Below, piece after piece: positions 61,670-64,000 of a stretch of 64,000 nucleotides of DNA (within the stretch, counting starts at the first letter, position 1; every line of letters begins with the position of its first letter). The stretch comes from Camelus ferus. Its lineage: Eukaryota. The position numbers and the translations under genes were made by a program. The notes beneath the pieces are model-generated. The model saw nothing but the letters and a program-made list of their open reading frames with translations. It did no database searches and was not told where the DNA came from. The DNA lies in the NCBI RefSeq assembly GCF_009834535.1, contig NC_045697.1:8496001-8560000 (forward strand), given 5' to 3'.

Positions 61670-61936
61670 TAGTGTTTTGCAAACCTCTGGTTTCACTCCA
61701 TTGGTGTATTGTGAAATCAATGTGTAAGTTACAGCCAGATTGCTTCAATGAGAGACTAGAATACTATAAAACACCACCAGCGTGTATTACACATACAAGG
61801 ATAATTCATGTTTCTTGAATTTTTTTGTTTTGTATGCATTCGTGTGTGTCTGTGTGTGTGTGTGTGTGTGTGTGTTGGGCCTCAGTGTAAAATCCATTTC
61901 TTACTGTGAGTCATGTCCAAGACTTGGAAAACACTG
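61670..61936. mobile_element. hAT-Charlie-type MITE with an internal (TG)n
   Basis: Terminal inverted repeats (t)agtgttttgcaa / ttggaaaacactg; 8-bp TSD ctataaac / ctataaat (61662-61669, 61937-61944); (TG)n at about 61843-61875. Confidence 0.75.
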
Positions 61937-62659
61937 CTATAAATAATAAACTTGGGGAAACACTGAGGAAGAGTCTGACAGCCCAGCTTCTCAACAGATT
62001 GGATAAACCAGCTCCAATTAGGAAAGGCCATCAGCTCAGGGGTGACGAATCGTGAAAAGAATTTAATGAAGGTAAGAACTACCGTGAAAATGCAGCCCTA
62101 AGCTGAGTCTGGAAGCTTGAAATGGACATTTGGGAGAAGGGAGAGCAGTCCTAGGAAGAGGAGCAGCAAACGCAAAGATTGGAGGTGGGAAAATGTAATG
62201 GGTGTTAGAGGACAAAGAAGAGGTCCATCTGGCTGCAGCCAAGTTAGACTGAGTGATGGAGAGCTGAGGAGGTCTAATCGGAAGTCTATCTGGTAGGAGG
62301 GCTGTTTTTGATGGTTAGTTGGGTGTCATGGGCTATTTTTGCTTTGGTGAATGACGTGAAGATAACAGGATGGCCTGGAGGAAAAAGGAACTGAGGGAAG
62401 AAGAATTTTTAGAAGTCTTGTAAATAACCAGGCTCAAGGGAACGGACAAGATTTGTAACAGAGGCCATAAAAATAACAAACTGCACGTGTTCCGGGGTGA
62501 AAGCCTTAAAAGCTCTTGGGGATGGGCTATAAGGAAAGAACAGGGGAAAAGAGTCCTAAGACAAAAGCCTCCCGCTCTTGGGCATTGCAAATAAGTCTGT
62601 TAGCGTTGCCGGAATAATCAGTACCGTTAAGATCCTAAATAAGGATTTTACACTTCCAT

Positions 62660-62880
62660 TACACTTCATTACCTCAAATGTCTTCACATCCGTTAATCAT
62701 TTGATTTTTATAATTACCTTGAGAGACAATAAAGGGCACATACCACTATCTCTATTTTAAAGATGGAGAAACTGTATCCCAAAGAGCTTATCTGGATTCC
62801 CAAGATCACACAGTTAGTGATGGGCCTGAACTCCGCAGATCTTTCCCGTGTTAGCCAGGATTCTCACATTATCCCACAGG
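62660..62880 (-). mobile_element. MIR SINE
   Basis: ctattttaaagatggagaaactg, cccaagatcacacagttagtga, cctgaactc. Confidence 0.65.
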
Positions 62881-64000
62881 CCATACCTCAAGTATCACCA
62901 TTCTCTACTAATGACCCATCAATTTGCTGATTAAAATTATTCCAAGAATTGAATTAGCTCAATATTTCAGGGAGAAAGCCCATTAGGAAGGTCACTGTGG
63001 CTTGGTGTAAGTTTGTTTAGTAAATATTTTTCTTATTTGGAGGTTTTAATTTTAAGTATGTGGTCTACTCTTTTTGTATGATTATTTGCTCAAAAAAATT
63101 TTTAGTCAGCAACACACCTCATAAAAATTTAATATGCTTCAGAGCTCTCTTTACCGTTTGAAAAAAGCACAAATCAGGCATTCTTGCATTTTGAAGGTGG
63201 CACCCTTATGACTGGGCTCTCTCTGAGGAAGGTGCTTCCCAAGTTTGCAGTGAAATTGCTCTTTTTTAAGAGAAAATTACACTCAGATGGAGAGTTGTCT
63301 TGGACAGCACTTCCACTCACTGAGTCTGAACATCAGCCACTCAGATGTGTCATGATTTTCCAGGTCACCTGCACACTTCTCTCCTTAATCTTGAAAAGGC
63401 TCTGCTCGCTAATGTATCTTTGGCTTTCAGGGCAGGAAGAGGATGGCTCAGCTATCAAACAGCCCTGGGTTTGAGTTGCAGCTCTGGCTCTCCTGTGACA
63501 CACAACCTTGAACAAATTAACTCACCTCCCTGAACATCATTTTCTCACCTGTCCCATGACGTGGTTAAGCTTCATATCACAGGGTTATTGCATGGATGTC
63601 AGAGAGGCAACTTGAGAGCACTGAGTTTGAAGTCAGTCTTCATTGATTATTTATTACTTAAGAGCCTCTGAAAGATAAGGTTTGCCAAGAGAGCAATCTG
63701 TGGGTTCCTAGCTTCACTTACGTGGAGAATTAGCACTTAGAACTCCCAGCCATTCTCTTTTACCAAGTCCAGAGATTTATACCCATGGGCCCTTACCTGG
63801 TCATATTCTACAATCAACTGCTTTGAGCAAGAAGTTGTTAAAATGTATTCATAGTTGGAGAGAAAAAGCCCTGGCTTTAATTCCTTCCATCAAATAATAT
63901 TTATTGAACATTTACTATGTGCTAGCCATTGTTATGGGCATATTGAGGATAAAGAAAGACAATGGATAAAATTCTTGATCTACCAGGGTTTACCTTCTGT

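Noticed and set aside
1..64000. CRISPR arrays, operons or other prokaryotic systems
   Set aside because: The sequence is clearly mammalian; the only regular repeats are microsatellites and TE-derived sequence.

Overview
Mammalian, repeat-rich, largely non-coding genomic DNA. A tRNA-Ala-derived SINE with a perfect 15-bp target-site duplication (TSD) at 8539-8636 looks like the camelid Vic-1 family, which suggests alpaca, llama or camel. I found no intact protein-coding gene; the listed ORFs are chance ORFs, L1 ORF2 remnants or pseudogene fragments. The most informative locus is about 36.9-38.55 kb. A small CpG-island promoter (palindromic E2F site, NRF1-like site, strong minus-strand splice donor) probably drives an unidentified minus-strand transcript. 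Directly beside it, on the + strand, lies a 5'-truncated processed pseudogene of MPDU1 (PQ-loop protein), split by an antisense 503-bp ERV1-type solo LTR with a 4-bp TSD. The retrocopy has acquired in-frame ATGs that open a 66-77 aa single-PQ-loop ORF. The rest of the window holds old and lineage-specific L1s (nested and twin-primed inverted copies), L2, MIR, MaLR/MLT2/MER21 LTRs, hAT MITEs, microsatellites and several unique motif-rich stretches that may be enhancers. Repeat family names and the MPDU1 comparison come from recalled consensus sequences, not from a database search. Boundaries without a stated TSD are approximate.
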